IMG/VR virus record: IMGVR_UViG_3300028833_000149
Coordinates: 1-64,000 of that record
Direction: 5' to 3' (one strand)
Length of the DNA: 64,000 nt
DNA from: an uncultured virus (IMG/VR IMGVR_UViG_3300028833_000149)
Taxonomy: Duplodnaviria > Heunggongvirae > Uroviricota > Caudoviricetes
The notes beneath the pieces are model-generated. The model was not told the DNA's origin. It made no database searches and saw only the letters and a program-made list of their open reading frames with translations. Each line of letters starts with the position of its first letter. Position 1 is the stretch's first letter. Shown in pieces: positions 51,173-64,000 of this stretch. The translations under genes and the position numbers were made by a program.

Positions 51173-52187
51173 ATTTTTGTGTTAATTTATTAACTAAACT
51201 AATTAATTGATTAATTTGTTCTTGTTGATTATCAATAATTGCTTGTTGCTCTTGAATAGCCTTCCAAGCAATATATACAAGCTTTGATTCTTTTACTGAC
51301 ATATAATCACCATTTTCGCCGCTTGCTTGTTGATTTGCAACTAAACTAAAAGTTCCTGCATTAACTTTTAATGCTTCTTGCGCAATAAGACCGATTGAGT
51401 CAGTATTATCTGATTTATATTTAAAATTATAAACTGGAAGTGATTTAATAATATCTAATGCGGAAAAATTTGACTTACCTATATCAGTTTTTGCTCGTCT
51501 ATCTGAAGTTGCATTAAAATATGTTGCTTCAATATAACTATCTGAATGAATATAATTTTGAACAAATAAATATCCATTATTTGCACCTGAACTTGATTTT
51601 CTAATTACTGCATAGTTTTGAATATATAATGGAATATTAAATAATCCTTTAGTATATGATATATCAGCTGATGGTGAATAGGTTCCTCCACTATCACTGA
51701 AAGCGGCTATTGAAAAACCATAATAATTAGTATTATTAGTTAATGCAAAACATATTGGATTATTTTGAAAATAGCTTTGAGAATAGTCTACAGTAGGAGT
51801 AGTAAGCAATATCTTAGTTCCTGAAACTCCTTCAAAAAATAATTGTGTATTATTTATTGATAGTGTTGCCTTACTGCTATCTGTTCCACCTTTAAGATAA
51901 ATACCATTATTATTATGACCAATCTCGCCTTTATATGCACCAATTGTATTATTACTATTTACATTAAAAATTAAAGTACTTAATATGTGAAAATCGTTAT
52001 TTAATCTACCATTAGATGCATTTGTTGTAATAATATTACCAAAATCAGTAGTACTTTGATTACTTTCTTTAATTATTGTAGGAGTAATCATATTACCAGC
52101 AGTAGGATCGTCTATTTGTTCAAAATCTATTTTAAAAGATGTTGCTCGACTTGTTAATCCTTTAATATGTTTATAAAAATATGCCAT
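51171..52187 (-). CDS. Tail fibre/spike with C-terminal intramolecular chaperone (peptidase S74)
   Basis: ATSDRRAK.DI, GLIAQE, C-terminal coiled coil. Confidence 0.85.
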   Translation of the reverse strand: MAYFYKHIKGLTSRATSFKIDFEQIDDPTAGNMITPTIIKESNQSTTDFGNIITTNASNGRLNNDFHILSTLIFNVNSNNTIGAYKGEIGHNNNGIYLKGGTDSSKATLSINNTQLFFEGVSGTKILLTTPTVDYSQSYFQNNPICFALTNNTNYYGFSIAAFSDSGGTYSPSADISYTKGLFNIPLYIQNYAVIRKSSSGANNGYLFVQNYIHSDSYIEATYFNATSDRRAKTDIGKSNFSALDIIKSLPVYNFKYKSDNTDSIGLIAQEALKVNAGTFSLVANQQASGENGDYMSVKESKLVYIAWKAIQEQQAIIDNQQEQINQLISLVNKLTQK

Positions 52188-52251
52188 TTTTATCACCCGT
52201 TTTAATTATAATATTTATTGGAGGAGAAATCAAATTCTCCTCCTTTTATTT

Positions 52252-55200
52252 TTAATTTAATGGATTATTTCTAATCATTTTTGCTAATCTACGAATTAAT
52301 TTATCTTGATATTTAATAGTATTTACTGTTAATTGACAATCTCCATCATTACGTAAATCTCTTGAAATATCAGTTATAAATAATAATTGAGATAATGCAT
52401 TATAAATATCATCTCTATCACTTGTATAGTCTTCTGCAGATATTCTTATGCCTTCACCAATTTGTAGTTCAGGTCAGCGATAATATTTAGGATTATAAGT
52501 TCCATCTTCATTGTCTAAAGTTTCTACATCTTGAACTAAATCAATTAAAGATATAGAATAACTTTTTTCAGGATATTTTTGATCCTCAAATGCATACTTA
52601 GCCATCATCAATAAATCTTCTGAAGTAGTAACTGAATCATTAGAATATGAAGTTTCAAGGAATAAATATGGATATTCTTCATAAAAATCTCTCCATAAAT
52701 CCTCTCTTTTTTGTAATAGTTTTTCATAACTACTTATTCCAGCATCTACAAAATGAGAAGTTAAATATGTAATTGCTATACCATTTCAACCTACATAATC
52801 TATAAAATTTAAACCAAGAGCTTGATTAAGAAAATCATTCCAAGTACATCCTCCAGTTTGAATTGTATAGAAAGATACTTTATCTGCAATCTTATTAAAT
52901 CATAAATATTCAGTAGAAACATTTTGAGTACGTTTTAACATATTATCAACTTCTGATTGTTGTTCAATAGATAATTGACTGTATGTATAAATCTCACTAT
53001 TTTCTAATTGCGGAGCCATATCCTTTCAAATTACAATAAATTGTTTATCAATAGTTTGATTTATAATAGGAACGTATGCTGTATTAATATCAACATAACT
53101 AAAATTCTTATTTTCATCATAAACTGGGAATATTACAGAGAAATGGTTTGTCACTTTTTCTTCTTTTATTCTTCAGTCACTAGGAACAAAGATATCGCAT
53201 AATAAACTTGCTGCATAAGCCTCATTTCAATATAATTGAAGGTTTGACTCAATTAGCGCCGCACGTTCTCTCATTGGGACTAAGTTATTACCAGTATCCT
53301 CAATAGTATATTTGTATCAGAAATCTCCATTGGTAGCATTATTAAGTGCTACTCCATTAGATTGAATTGTTACTTCATATTTAAAATCTCCATAAGGACC
53401 ATAACCGTGTAATTCATGAGGTTGATTGTCATCTGGTATATTAGATATATCCATATCATAAGCTATTATATCTGGAGTTATTGATTCACTATTATAACGA
53501 TATAAACGAATAGTCTGACTTATAGTTTTATCAAATACATCATAATTATATGTTTGATTAGTTTTATATAATAAGTTATTGAAAATTTGATTTATAGTAT
53601 AAACTCGTTCATCTTGATCATTATACAATTCATATGTGTTATCTAATAAATGAGCTTTTAAATCATATCCAATTGATGATGGAGAAACTTTAACATTTTC
53701 TTTAATATAATATAAATTTTTAACTATATCAGTTTTATCATATTCTTTAGTTATATTAAAACTTCGTCCATTTTCATCACATAACTCACTTGTAAAAAAC
53801 TCTTTAAAAGAAGATGCTATATTTTCAACGACTCCATTTAAAATCAAATATATTACATAATTATATTCATCATATTCATCATCTGCTTTAATTCTACTTC
53901 CAGAAAGAAATTCTCCTTCTTTTATTATATCATAATCAGTATATTCATTTAAATTATCTGGTCATGTATAATTAGGAAACGTGTTTTTGTATATTATTAA
54001 ATAGCTTAAATCATCTTCAAGTGTGTTAAAAGTTGTTTTCTTTATATAAGTTTTTGTTTGTCTATATGTATAATTTTTAAATTTACTACCTTCCTCACCT
54101 TTACCTTTAGCATTAAAATCTGCGGCAATATTACCAAAAGTGTATGCTAAAAATTCACTAGGATCATTTCCATCTACTGGCTTTGTTGTATAGAAAAACA
54201 AATAAGGGAAATCACTAATAAAATCTTCATGAAGTTCAGTAAGGCTTTCAGCTACCTTCGCAGTATCATCAACACTGCAATAAGTTCCGTTTCCTGCTAA
54301 ATTATAGTCGCTTGCATTATTGTTTTTATTAGATATCCTTGTATAGAAATTTTGATAATTAGTATTAGTAACTAATTGCATTTCTTTTCCATTTTTATCA
54401 AAAATAGATGCTAATGGATATTCTTTTATGTAAAGTGAATCATTTTTACCTTTAGGACTAATATATGGACTATATTGTTTAAAAACTCTATCACTATCTT
54501 GACGATGTGTAGGTGTTTTAGTATATCCACCTTGAACTAGAATATATTCTTTTCAATCAAGAATAGGAATTTGAGTTCAAGACAATAAACCTGATACAAT
54601 ATACCATGACATAGTTTGGAAGTTATTAATTATACCTCAACCAGGATAATTTGTATGACCACTTAATTCATCTGGTCCATAATATGTTCTATTGGCAGTT
54701 TTAGGTTCAAAAGTACTATTAGTTTCAATTATTAAACTATCATTGTTATAAAACAAATCAGTTAAAGGTAAATTTTTAAATTTTTTATGAGCTTTAACAT
54801 TTAATGTATTACGATTACGATATAAGTAGTTTCTTAATATTTCAGAAGGGCTAATTTCTTGATAAAAAATATTTTTATTTTTAGAAAAATCTATTGTACC
54901 ATCAATCTCATTAAGTCCTTCTCTATCTTTATAAATTATATTATCTAATGCTATATCACTTTCTTGCTCAATTTTTTGTCCATTTATAACTATATAAGTT
55001 TCATTTGATGAATAGAAAGTTGCATCCGCAAAAGGTCTTCCATCTTCATATAATTTGTTAAAGATTATATAATTTGAATCTCAATCATAGAATTTTCCAG
55101 TACACCAATATTTATTATTATCACCATTATACTTAATATAAAAAGAGAAGAAAGTATTAGCTTCAGTTACTAATGTATGATCTAAGTTTTCAACATCATT

Positions 55201-57573
55201 AAAACATATATTTAAGAAATCTTCTTTTTTTATAAAGCATACTTCACGTAAATAATTTATATCTTTATTATAATTATCTTCTGAACCGGTTTTTTCTAAA
55301 ATATCTTGATAACAATATACATTTATATCTTTATAATTGTTTTCAGTTAGTAAATGACTATCTTTATTAAAAATTGTATGTTGAGTATTGTTATAATATA
55401 GTTGAATATTATTATAATCCTTTACTCGATGTTCTTCATCGAAAATGAAGAAATTGCTATAATTATTTACAAAATCACTAGATAACATAGCATATTTGTC
55501 TTCTCTAAATGGCTCAAAATAATAGAAATTCTTTCTGTCATTACCTGAATCATTTTTAATATCAATAACAACGTGATAGTAATTATTATATAGCGGATCT
55601 AATGGAGTTTCAAAGTATTTTCTAAAATTATATAAATTTTTTAAACATCTTTGTCTTGCATCTAAATATTTTCTCATATAATCTGAAGTTGTTCCATATA
55701 AATCCATAAAAGTAGATGATAGATAAGAACCTTTTATATCTGTTTGAGATGCGTCTGTGGCGCCGCTAATATTAGATTGAAGTAAATTCCATCTTTGAAG
55801 TAAATTATCCTTATCATAAGATTCAGCTTTTCCTTTTTTCTTATAAATGTCTTCTATGCTTGATACTTCAGCTCCAACCATATCTATATTATTAGTCATT
55901 TCCGCTATATATTTTGTTTGTGAATGTAATCTACTATAATAATTCTCTGCATTTAGTAATATATCAGAATTAATTTTTCTTAAATCATTATAAATTCTAT
56001 TATTAATATCTTTTTCTTGAATCTTAGATAATAACCCTGCATTAATAAAATAGTTAAAATCAATCAATTTATTCTCTAATCAAGGAAGTTGATCCGCGAT
56101 TCGTGCAAATTGTATATCTTCATCAGAATATTCTACTTTAAAGAATATAGAAATATCGTAATCTTTCAAATCACTATAATCAGCAAAATCATTTTCATTT
56201 TTTACTGATATAATAATATTTGAACCACTTATTTCCATAGAAAAATTAGAATTATCTGGTGTTATAATTTTTAAATCACCAAAAATAGTACTAAATTGAA
56301 TTTGACTAACAGTGTTTTGTGTTTTAAAAACTTGTAAAGGATATAGTTTAAATAAGTTAATTTCTTCATTAGATAATGTATATGAAGTAAATTTTATACC
56401 AATAATTCTATTGTTTTTTCTTATTAATGTAAAAGTTCCATTTGGTTTGGTTAATCTATACTGTGGTCCGTATAATATGTTTGTATACATTCCAGTATAA
56501 TATTTACTAAATTTTCTTCAATAAGTGCTATCAAAATAAGTTATGAAAAAAGGACTTACTTTTGGTAAAGCAGTTATTACTTCATCAGAACTTAATGTCC
56601 TACTATTTATATTTAAAACAGTTACTAATGAATCGGCTTGTTGAGATAAACTAAAAGTTTTTATATTTCTAAAAGGAGAATATTGTAATCCATTTACCAT
56701 ATCTTTTTTAGAAGGTTCAAATCAGAAATATGTTACTAATGTAATAAAATTACTCATATTTTCTGGTTCAAGTAATACAGTAGCAGTATTTAGTACCATA
56801 CCTATTTGTTCGCCTAATGATATTAATGCGCCATTTGCAGTTGTTGATGAACAACTAAAAGGTATAGTTTCATATAAATCTGCATTTTTCATAGTATTTG
56901 AATAACTATTTTTTAATGTTTTTACTATTTTTTTATTTGAACTTTTTCTTGCAGTTGTATTTATTACAGTTCCATCATCACACAAATATAGAGGAACTTC
57001 TAATTTTAAGTATTTATATGATATTTTACACTCATTAACAATCTTTTCTGTCCAATTGTCAATATTTAATGCACCAATAAAATCTTTTGAATTTATATCA
57101 TTATTTATTGTATATCCATCACTTTGTTTTGCTAATTGATAAGAGAAACTATCTTGACAAGTAAAATTATAAACAATGTTATTTTCAGTTATTGTATATG
57201 TGACACTTTTTACTGAAAATAATATTTTATTATTATAACTATATTCAAGTAATAATTGACTACCAATTTTAATTTTAGATGCGAAAGGATTATCTTTTCA
57301 AGTATCATCATCTAAAATCATCTTATCAAGAGAAAAAGTTAAATCTTTTTGAGCTTGTTGGTGGATATTTAATTTTTCATTATAAGTATAAGTTTTTGTA
57401 TATATATTAGTTAAATTATCTTTTAAATTTTTTGTGTTATTTTCTTTTTCATATTGTAATAAGTCTTGATTAACATTATTACTATAAAATTCAGATATAA
57501 CATTCTTAATATACTTATTAAGATTATCTTGGTCATATGCTTTTGTTAATAAGCTTAATTTAAAATATGCCAT
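52252..57573 (-). CDS. 1773-aa tail/baseplate protein (code 4)
   Basis: Seven track ORFs lie in one frame; gaps checked free of TAA/TAG; about 16 TGA; position after TMP/Dit. Confidence 0.82.
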
Positions 57574-57584
57574 AAAACCACCTT

Positions 57585-59279
57585 CTAACTAAATATTATT
57601 TCAAAATTTTCTTCTATTGTTGGTGTACTTTCATCTCTATTTCAATTAAGACGAACTTGAAATTCACTTTCTTGTGCAGGTCTTTGATATGTAATAACAT
57701 CTGCAATTAAATCTTCATATGAATTATCATCAGAATCTTTGAATACTGATTGAGTAACAATTGATGAATTTCCTTGCCAACGTTGATAACGAGGATTGTT
57801 TGGTTCGTTTTGCGGAACAAATGTGTCATCATTTTGTTTAACTTGTAGGTTAATATTATTATAATCAAAAATTGTTCCAGACTCAAAAGCGTCATTTCTA
57901 TATCTTATTTTATAATCATAACCACTATTTTGTGAATGATAATAATATCTAGGAGCCATAACCGCAATTTGTATTGCATATGATAAACCAAAATCTAATT
58001 CATCACAAGGAACACAATTGTAAATAATTACAGGGTCTCCATCCTTATCAAATCCTCCTATAAAATTCCAATTATAATATTGAGCAAGTGCGGATTCAAA
58101 TATCATAAAATGAGATACAGAAGGAATCGAATTTCTATCTAACTGATATTGAATATATCTATCAAAATAATTAATATTATCTTCTTCGTCTATTCAAACT
58201 GAACGTCCATAAAATGCTGATTGATTTTTCCAATATTTAAAATATCAAATATCACTTTTTCTATTTAATACATATTGGTCTGTATTATATGAATAATAAA
58301 TGTTTTCTCCATCTGTTCATACATATGCGCCATTAAAATTTGTTAAACCATTTCAAGTTTTTTTAGACCAAGTTGAAGTTGATTTGTCTAATACATATTG
58401 AGTAAGACCATTTGAATAATAAATATTATCTCCGTCTCTTCAAATTGCTCCACCACTAAAATTTGTTAATCCACTTCAAGTCTTATTTGTTCAGTATGGT
58501 TCTGGTTCTTCATCATCATTTACAATTAAGACTTTGTGTTTACTTGAAAGAGAATAATATATATTTTCACCATCTGTTCATATATCTGTACCATAAAAAC
58601 TAGTATCATCTAATCCAGTTCAAGTTTTTTCCTTTCAAGTTAAATCTACTGGATCTAATTTATATTGATAAGTACCACTTGAATAATAGGTGTCTTTACC
58701 ATCTGTCCATATATTATATCCTTGTCCTTGTAAAGTACCGCCGCCTTCTACAGCTCATTCTTTAACTATTCATTTGCTTGTTGTTTTATCGAACATATAA
58801 CTATTTCTACCATTTAAATAATAAGTATTATTGTCATAAGTTCAAATACAAGAGCCGTTACTAATAGGTAAATCAATTGTATCTCTTATAAATCATCTAG
58901 ATTCTAAATCATAAGCATCTTTTTTATAAATTGATGCACCTATATTCAAAGTCTCACTGTAATCTGCACCATATTGATATACATGAGTTGTTCTATTTTT
59001 AAAACCTCATCTAAAAAATAACTTATAAATATCAATAGCATCATTTTCATTTTCATTAATTATGCTATCTTCTGTAATAACTGTATCATCTTTCTTAATA
59101 AAAGTATAAGTATTATCGTTATTCTCATTATATCCCAATAGTCTTCATTCAGGATTATAATAATGTAAATATTCATATAATGAATCAATACTATTTTCTA
59201 AAGACAAAATATATTCTTTGTGAATTGCTTGTCTTTGTTGACTTAGAGGCCTTTGAACTGTAATATTAAAAAATTTCAT
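57585..59279 (-). CDS. 564-aa tail-module protein with Trp-rich beta-propeller-like repeats (code 4)
   Basis: About 6 repeats of W..KTW.GL..F.G..IWTDG.NIYYS. Confidence 0.8.
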
Positions 59280-60004
59280 TATCTCACCCTCATAACAATA
59301 TCACTAAAAATAGGTTCGCTCGTATTAAAATATTCAATTTTAACTACAATTTCATCTTCAACATCATCATAAGTCCATTTTCAATTAGCATAAAATTCTT
59401 CATACCCTGATTCTGATTTAATATAAAATTTAATTAATGGTTTTAATATTGATATTCCATCAATTTTCACACTTGAAAAACGCTTTATAAGATATGTTGG
59501 ATTTTGTTCTGGACTTGGTGTAAAACTACTAATAGGTTCATCTAATAGATAAGCAGATTGTGATGTATCTATTTTTATAACACTCTCTATCGAACCTTCC
59601 TCAGGAGTGCTATTATATGTATAACTTAATTTTAATTGGTCATTGTCAGTATCATAAGTAATTGTTGGTTGATAAATACCTTTATTTTCAGCAGGTATAT
59701 ATAATAAATTGCCATCTAATTGCTTATAAATTACATCTCCACGATAATATGTATCTTTACCATTAGTAATAGAATTTGCATTAACAATAGCGGATTCACC
59801 TATATTTAATAATGCTAATTTTGAAGTAATATCACTATCACTTAATAATACTTGTGTAACATTGTATATATCTCAGAAGGAAACTTGTCTAGTAACATTT
59901 TCTAATTTATCATATAATTTATTTAAAGCTTCTTTAATATCGTCAATTTCTTCAAATTTTTGTGTATTATAAAATTGAGTTTCTGTATGTTGTAAATTAC
60001 TCAT
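59279..60004 (-). CDS. Tail-module hypothetical protein (code 4)
   Basis: GAGGTG RBS, open frame, TAATG-coupled. Confidence 0.7.
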
Positions 60005-60014
60005 ATAATCACCT

Positions 60015-61154
60015 CTACACTAAAATAGCTTTTGCTCTACCATATGATACTGCTTTTATTTTACTATCTTCTGATAATGGAGACAACTTATAAAACTCTC
60101 AATATAAATATATATCTCCAACTTCTTCATTCTTATTTACTTTCATCTTAGTAGTTTTCATATCATTAACCATTAAATCTCCATAGGTATTAGTTAATAA
60201 TAAATTTAATACTTTATAATCTGAATCTCCATATTGTAAAAATACCAATCCTGAAGTCGAATCATACTTAATTGAAATAGTTCTATCTAATTGATTAAAA
60301 GAAGTTGGTTCGCCATTTATTTGTTCTGTATCTTGCCAATTTTCAGTTTGCGGCATAAAATCTACTTCACATAATAAATCACAGTATTTTGTAACTTTAT
60401 TTGCAGTTTCAGTATCTACTATTTCATTAACATCTGGTCCTATGTATAAACGTAATGATGGATAAGCATTAGTACTGGTATCTCCAGTAAAATAGAAAGA
60501 CACTTCACTAACTATTCCAAAAGATAATTCTGAAAATGGTAATAAATCACTTGGTAATAAGCCACTAGAATTTTTTGGTAATCCAAGAATATAATAAGTA
60601 TTAACGTTACCATCAGTAATATAAGTATCTGTTTGAGTTCATACATATTGTCTTTGAGCTAATGCACATTGTTCTCCTTGAATTTCAAAAGTAATTGTAT
60701 TTTCAGCCATATATAAATCTTTACCATTATCAACACCAATTACGGTTTTTACGGCTTCTTTCATACCAGTAGTCTTTGCTAAATAACATAAATTATTATC
60801 ATAAGCAAAAGAAAGATAATCAATTTCATACGGACCTAGTGCCGCAATTAAACTACGATATTCTTCTGCGGTAACTCCATAAGTACAAATAGTAAAACTT
60901 ACTTGCATTCTACTGAATTTTACGCCTGTTAAATTACCCATTGCGTGATCATATTGTGGTGAACTGTACTCATTAGAGAAGGAAGGCCCATTAACAAACT
61001 TAAGGGCACTTCCGTTATTTGTAATAAATGTATGATATGTATCTCACATATCTTCACCACGCCAATAAAATTTAGCATATTTATCAAGTCTACGACCAAG
61101 ATATTCTTGTTGCTTTTTTATTGTATTAACTTGTGAATAACTTTTTGTACTCAT
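60015..61154 (-). CDS. Distal tail (Dit)-like protein (code 4)
   Basis: Directly after tape measure; joins track ORFs via TGA. Confidence 0.7.
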
Positions 61155-61165
61155 TATAACACCTC

Positions 61166-64000
61166 TTATGCAGATACATTTATACCACTTTGAATTATTG
61201 CGGCGATAATTGCATCTTTCAAATTACGTCCTTGCATTTCATTTCCACTTAATTGAATTACTTGGTCACCAATATTTAATGTTAAATTTCCACCTGTATC
61301 ATTAACGCTAATTTGACTTGAATCAATATTAGATACTTGACTACCAAAAGTAGCAAAGAAATTATTTAAGTCTAATTGCGCTTCATTCGCTGTTTTTGCT
61401 AAGAAACTGTCTGAAGTTAAGAAACTTGCTAATAATTCTTCACTTTCAGTTCCTCTTAATAAATTTAATAATTCTCTGTTATTTGCTAAAAGCTCATCGA
61501 ATTTCTCACTAATCTCTGAAATTGAATCTTCAATATTTTGAATAACTGCTTCTTGTGCACGTTCACGTAAAGTATTTAATCTTTCTTTTTCTAATTCAGC
61601 AAAAGAATTTGTAAGTTCTTCTATTTGTGCTTTTGAAGACATACTTGTAGAACCAGCAAGTTTAGTTAAATTAGATACGAATAATTCTGCTTTTTCTTCA
61701 TACTCTTCATCTTCTTGAGCTTGATTAATTGATTCAAAATATTTTTGATAAGCATCTTTTCTTTCTTCAAGAGATTTAGTTAAAGCATCTTGTTCTTCTT
61801 TAAGAAGTTCCTTATACGCTTCAATACGCTTATTTTCTTGTTCAACTAAAGTTTCTAAATCTACACTGAAGAAATCCTTACTTTCTAACTCTCTCATTTG
61901 TTGCTCTAAATATGTGACTAATGCCGCATTATATTCAGAGCCTTTTCTTGCCCTTTCAACTTCTCATTCTGCTCTCAATTCGTCAAGTTGTCTTTTTCTA
62001 TTTTCTTGTAAAGTTTTATTTGAAGCAAGAGCTTGTTCAATTTGTTGATAATCTTGTGAGTTAAAAGCAGCTAATAATCTTTCTCCATCTTTACCTGAGA
62101 ATAACTCTCCATGCTCACTTAAGAATGTTGTCTTATCAGTCTCTGTCATAGTAGACCATTTTGATGCTGTTTCATAGAAACTTTTTACTGAATTTGTTAA
62201 TTTATCTACATTTTGTCCTATATTTTGAATACCAACTTGAATTGTATTACCAATTTGATTTAAAATTACATTATATGCTTCATCATAATCTTCCAATCCA
62301 GATAATATTCCACCAAAAGATTCTTTCATTGCCATAGTAATGTTGCCATTATTTGCTGCAAGAGATTTAAAGAATGTGTCTGATATTATATTTTTATATT
62401 GTTCTTCAGATAATACTTCTTCAAGTTGTCCACTCACGCCTTGTTCTTTTAAGGTACGTAAAATTGATTGATATCCAGTATATAAATCATTTATTTCTTC
62501 ATTAGTAATATTTAATTTGTCAATTAAATCTAATGCAGAAGCTCCCATTTGTTCAAATACATTAAACTCTTTAAATGCAGTAGAAATTGCTTTAAATTCC
62601 TCTGAAAATTCTCCTAAAGAATCTTTTAACATAACAAATGCTTCTGTTCTCTCTTTTAAAGATAAACTTTCATCTTGAAGGATATCCGCGGCAACACTTC
62701 CATTTATTTTTATAGAAGCAATTTCTTTTAATATATCTCTTATTTTAGTTGAATCTTTTAAAAATTCTTTTAACGTCTCATCTGAAACTGATTCAATGAT
62801 TTTTTCCATCATTGTTCGTCTTGAAGTTTTTTCAACACTTGTTAAAGACGTGTCTTCATCTAAATAAGAATATAATGATTGTTTTGCTATAGTACGAGCA
62901 CTTAATCTATAAGAAGCATTTTCTTTTCAATCGTTAGAATTTGTCCTTAAAAGTACACCAGATAATTTTTCTCTATCTTCTCTTAATTTTTCATCTAATA
63001 ATGTTTGATAATATTTTAAATATTCTTGTTTCTCACTATCATTTAAACCTTCATAATAGTCTTTTTCTGACATTGATAAAGAAGTATCAAGATTTTCTTC
63101 TTTAACTGAAGATAAATTATCTGCAACTTCTTTTAAACTATCAGAAAGTTTTTGTGCGTCATCACTAGTTTTTATTAATTTATTATCTAAGTCTTCAATA
63201 CTACTAACTGCAGTTTTAATACTTTCTGCTCTTTTAGTTAAATTATAAATTTCAGCATTAATTTCATTCATTTCATCTTCTGCTGATTCACTACTACCTG
63301 CTATCGATGCAGCTATTGCAACACCAATTAATGAAGCAAGTATTGCAGCACCAACTACTCATCCCGCAGCCATAGTAGCACTACCTGCCATTTTTCAAGC
63401 AGTTTTTGCTCTTTCTAATCCAACAGATTTTTGTAATTCAGCATTTTCTTTCTTAGTATATATAATTGCAGCATTAATAGCTCTTGCAATTAATTTTCAA
63501 AGACCTCATACAGCTAAAATTGGAGCAGCTAAACCAAGAACAGTAGATTTTAAATTATCTACTAAATGTTCTTGACTTTCTAATAATGATAATTGTTCTC
63601 CATATGATTCAGAAACTGCTTGAGTTTGTTCATACTTTAATTGTTCTGCTTTGTAATTGTTAAGTTGTTGCTCTTGTATTAATATCTCTTTATCTAATTC
63701 TTCAGTAGATTCTTTATTTTCTAATGCTTGAAGTCTTTGTTTTTTTAATTCTATTAAATAATCTTCTGTTTGTGTAATAAGTCCCTTACGTTTTTCGTAA
63801 TTTTCTTTTTGAGACATAATATAAGCATCTGCTTGTATCTTTTTTCTTTTTAATTCTATTTTAGCTTCTTGTTGTGTATACTGTAATTGTAACTTTGCTA
63901 TTTTTGCTTGTCTCATTTTATTGCCTAACATAGTCACAGCCACACCAGCAAGCACAACTGCAAGTGATACTAAAACCCATTCCTGACTAAGAATTTGATT
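61166..64000 (-). CDS. Tape measure protein, C-terminal part (5' end outside window; code 4)
   Basis: Four track ORFs in one frame separated by TGA; long coiled coil with hydrophobic Ala/Gly segments. Confidence 0.82.

Noticed and set aside
49583..57895. Track ORFs 49583..49765, 53008..53202, 56312..56500, 57707..57895
   Set aside because: Lie within longer code-4 genes on the minus strand
8319..64000. Many fragmented ORFs as pseudogenes or frameshifts
   Set aside because: Fragments are all in frame and separated only by TGA at Trp positions
1..64000. TAG recoding (code 15)
   Set aside because: TAG ends many complete genes (nrdD, grcA, dnaB, dnaG), and no in-frame TAG is needed
1..64000. 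CRISPR array, DGR/reverse transcriptase, integrase or IS element
   Set aside because: No spaced direct repeats or corresponding protein motifs seen

Overview
This is a 64-kb piece of a large, very AT-rich tailed dsDNA phage, most likely infecting an anaerobic Bacillota (Firmicutes)-type host. The evidence is perfect sigma70/sigmaA promoters, GGAG/GAGG RBSs, an HPr-like gene, class III RNR and PFL. The key to the window is that TGA is read as Trp (genetic code 4). Dozens of 'broken' ORFs in the supplied track join into full genes, and the TGAs fall exactly on conserved Trp positions of PflB, NrdG, RNase HI, GIY-YIG, paralogues and internal repeats. TGA use is uneven: it is absent from the early small genes (1-8.1 kb) and the 16-kb replication core, dense in tail/virion and lysis genes, and placed singly in some activators. 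The window encodes four tRNAs: two CAT, a Trp(CCA) with an unpaired anticodon-stem top, and an opal-decoding tRNA(UCA) with a Trp-type body and a 28-nt variable region. The plus strand carries early accessory genes, phoH, nucleases, ligase, an nrdD-nrdG-grcA-pflB (split PFL) operon, thyX, type IIA topoisomerase, SSB/Sak4/DnaB/DnaG/RecJ/DnaE/DnaQ and RuvC. The minus strand carries holins and a tail module (tape measure, Dit-like, propeller-repeat protein, 1773-aa tail protein, chaperone-bearing fibre). Also present are an unidentified ~170-nt structured ncRNA ahead of a large GIY-YIG protein, and strong enrichment of GCGGC/GCCGC. All calls come from motif recognition by eye; no database searches were run.
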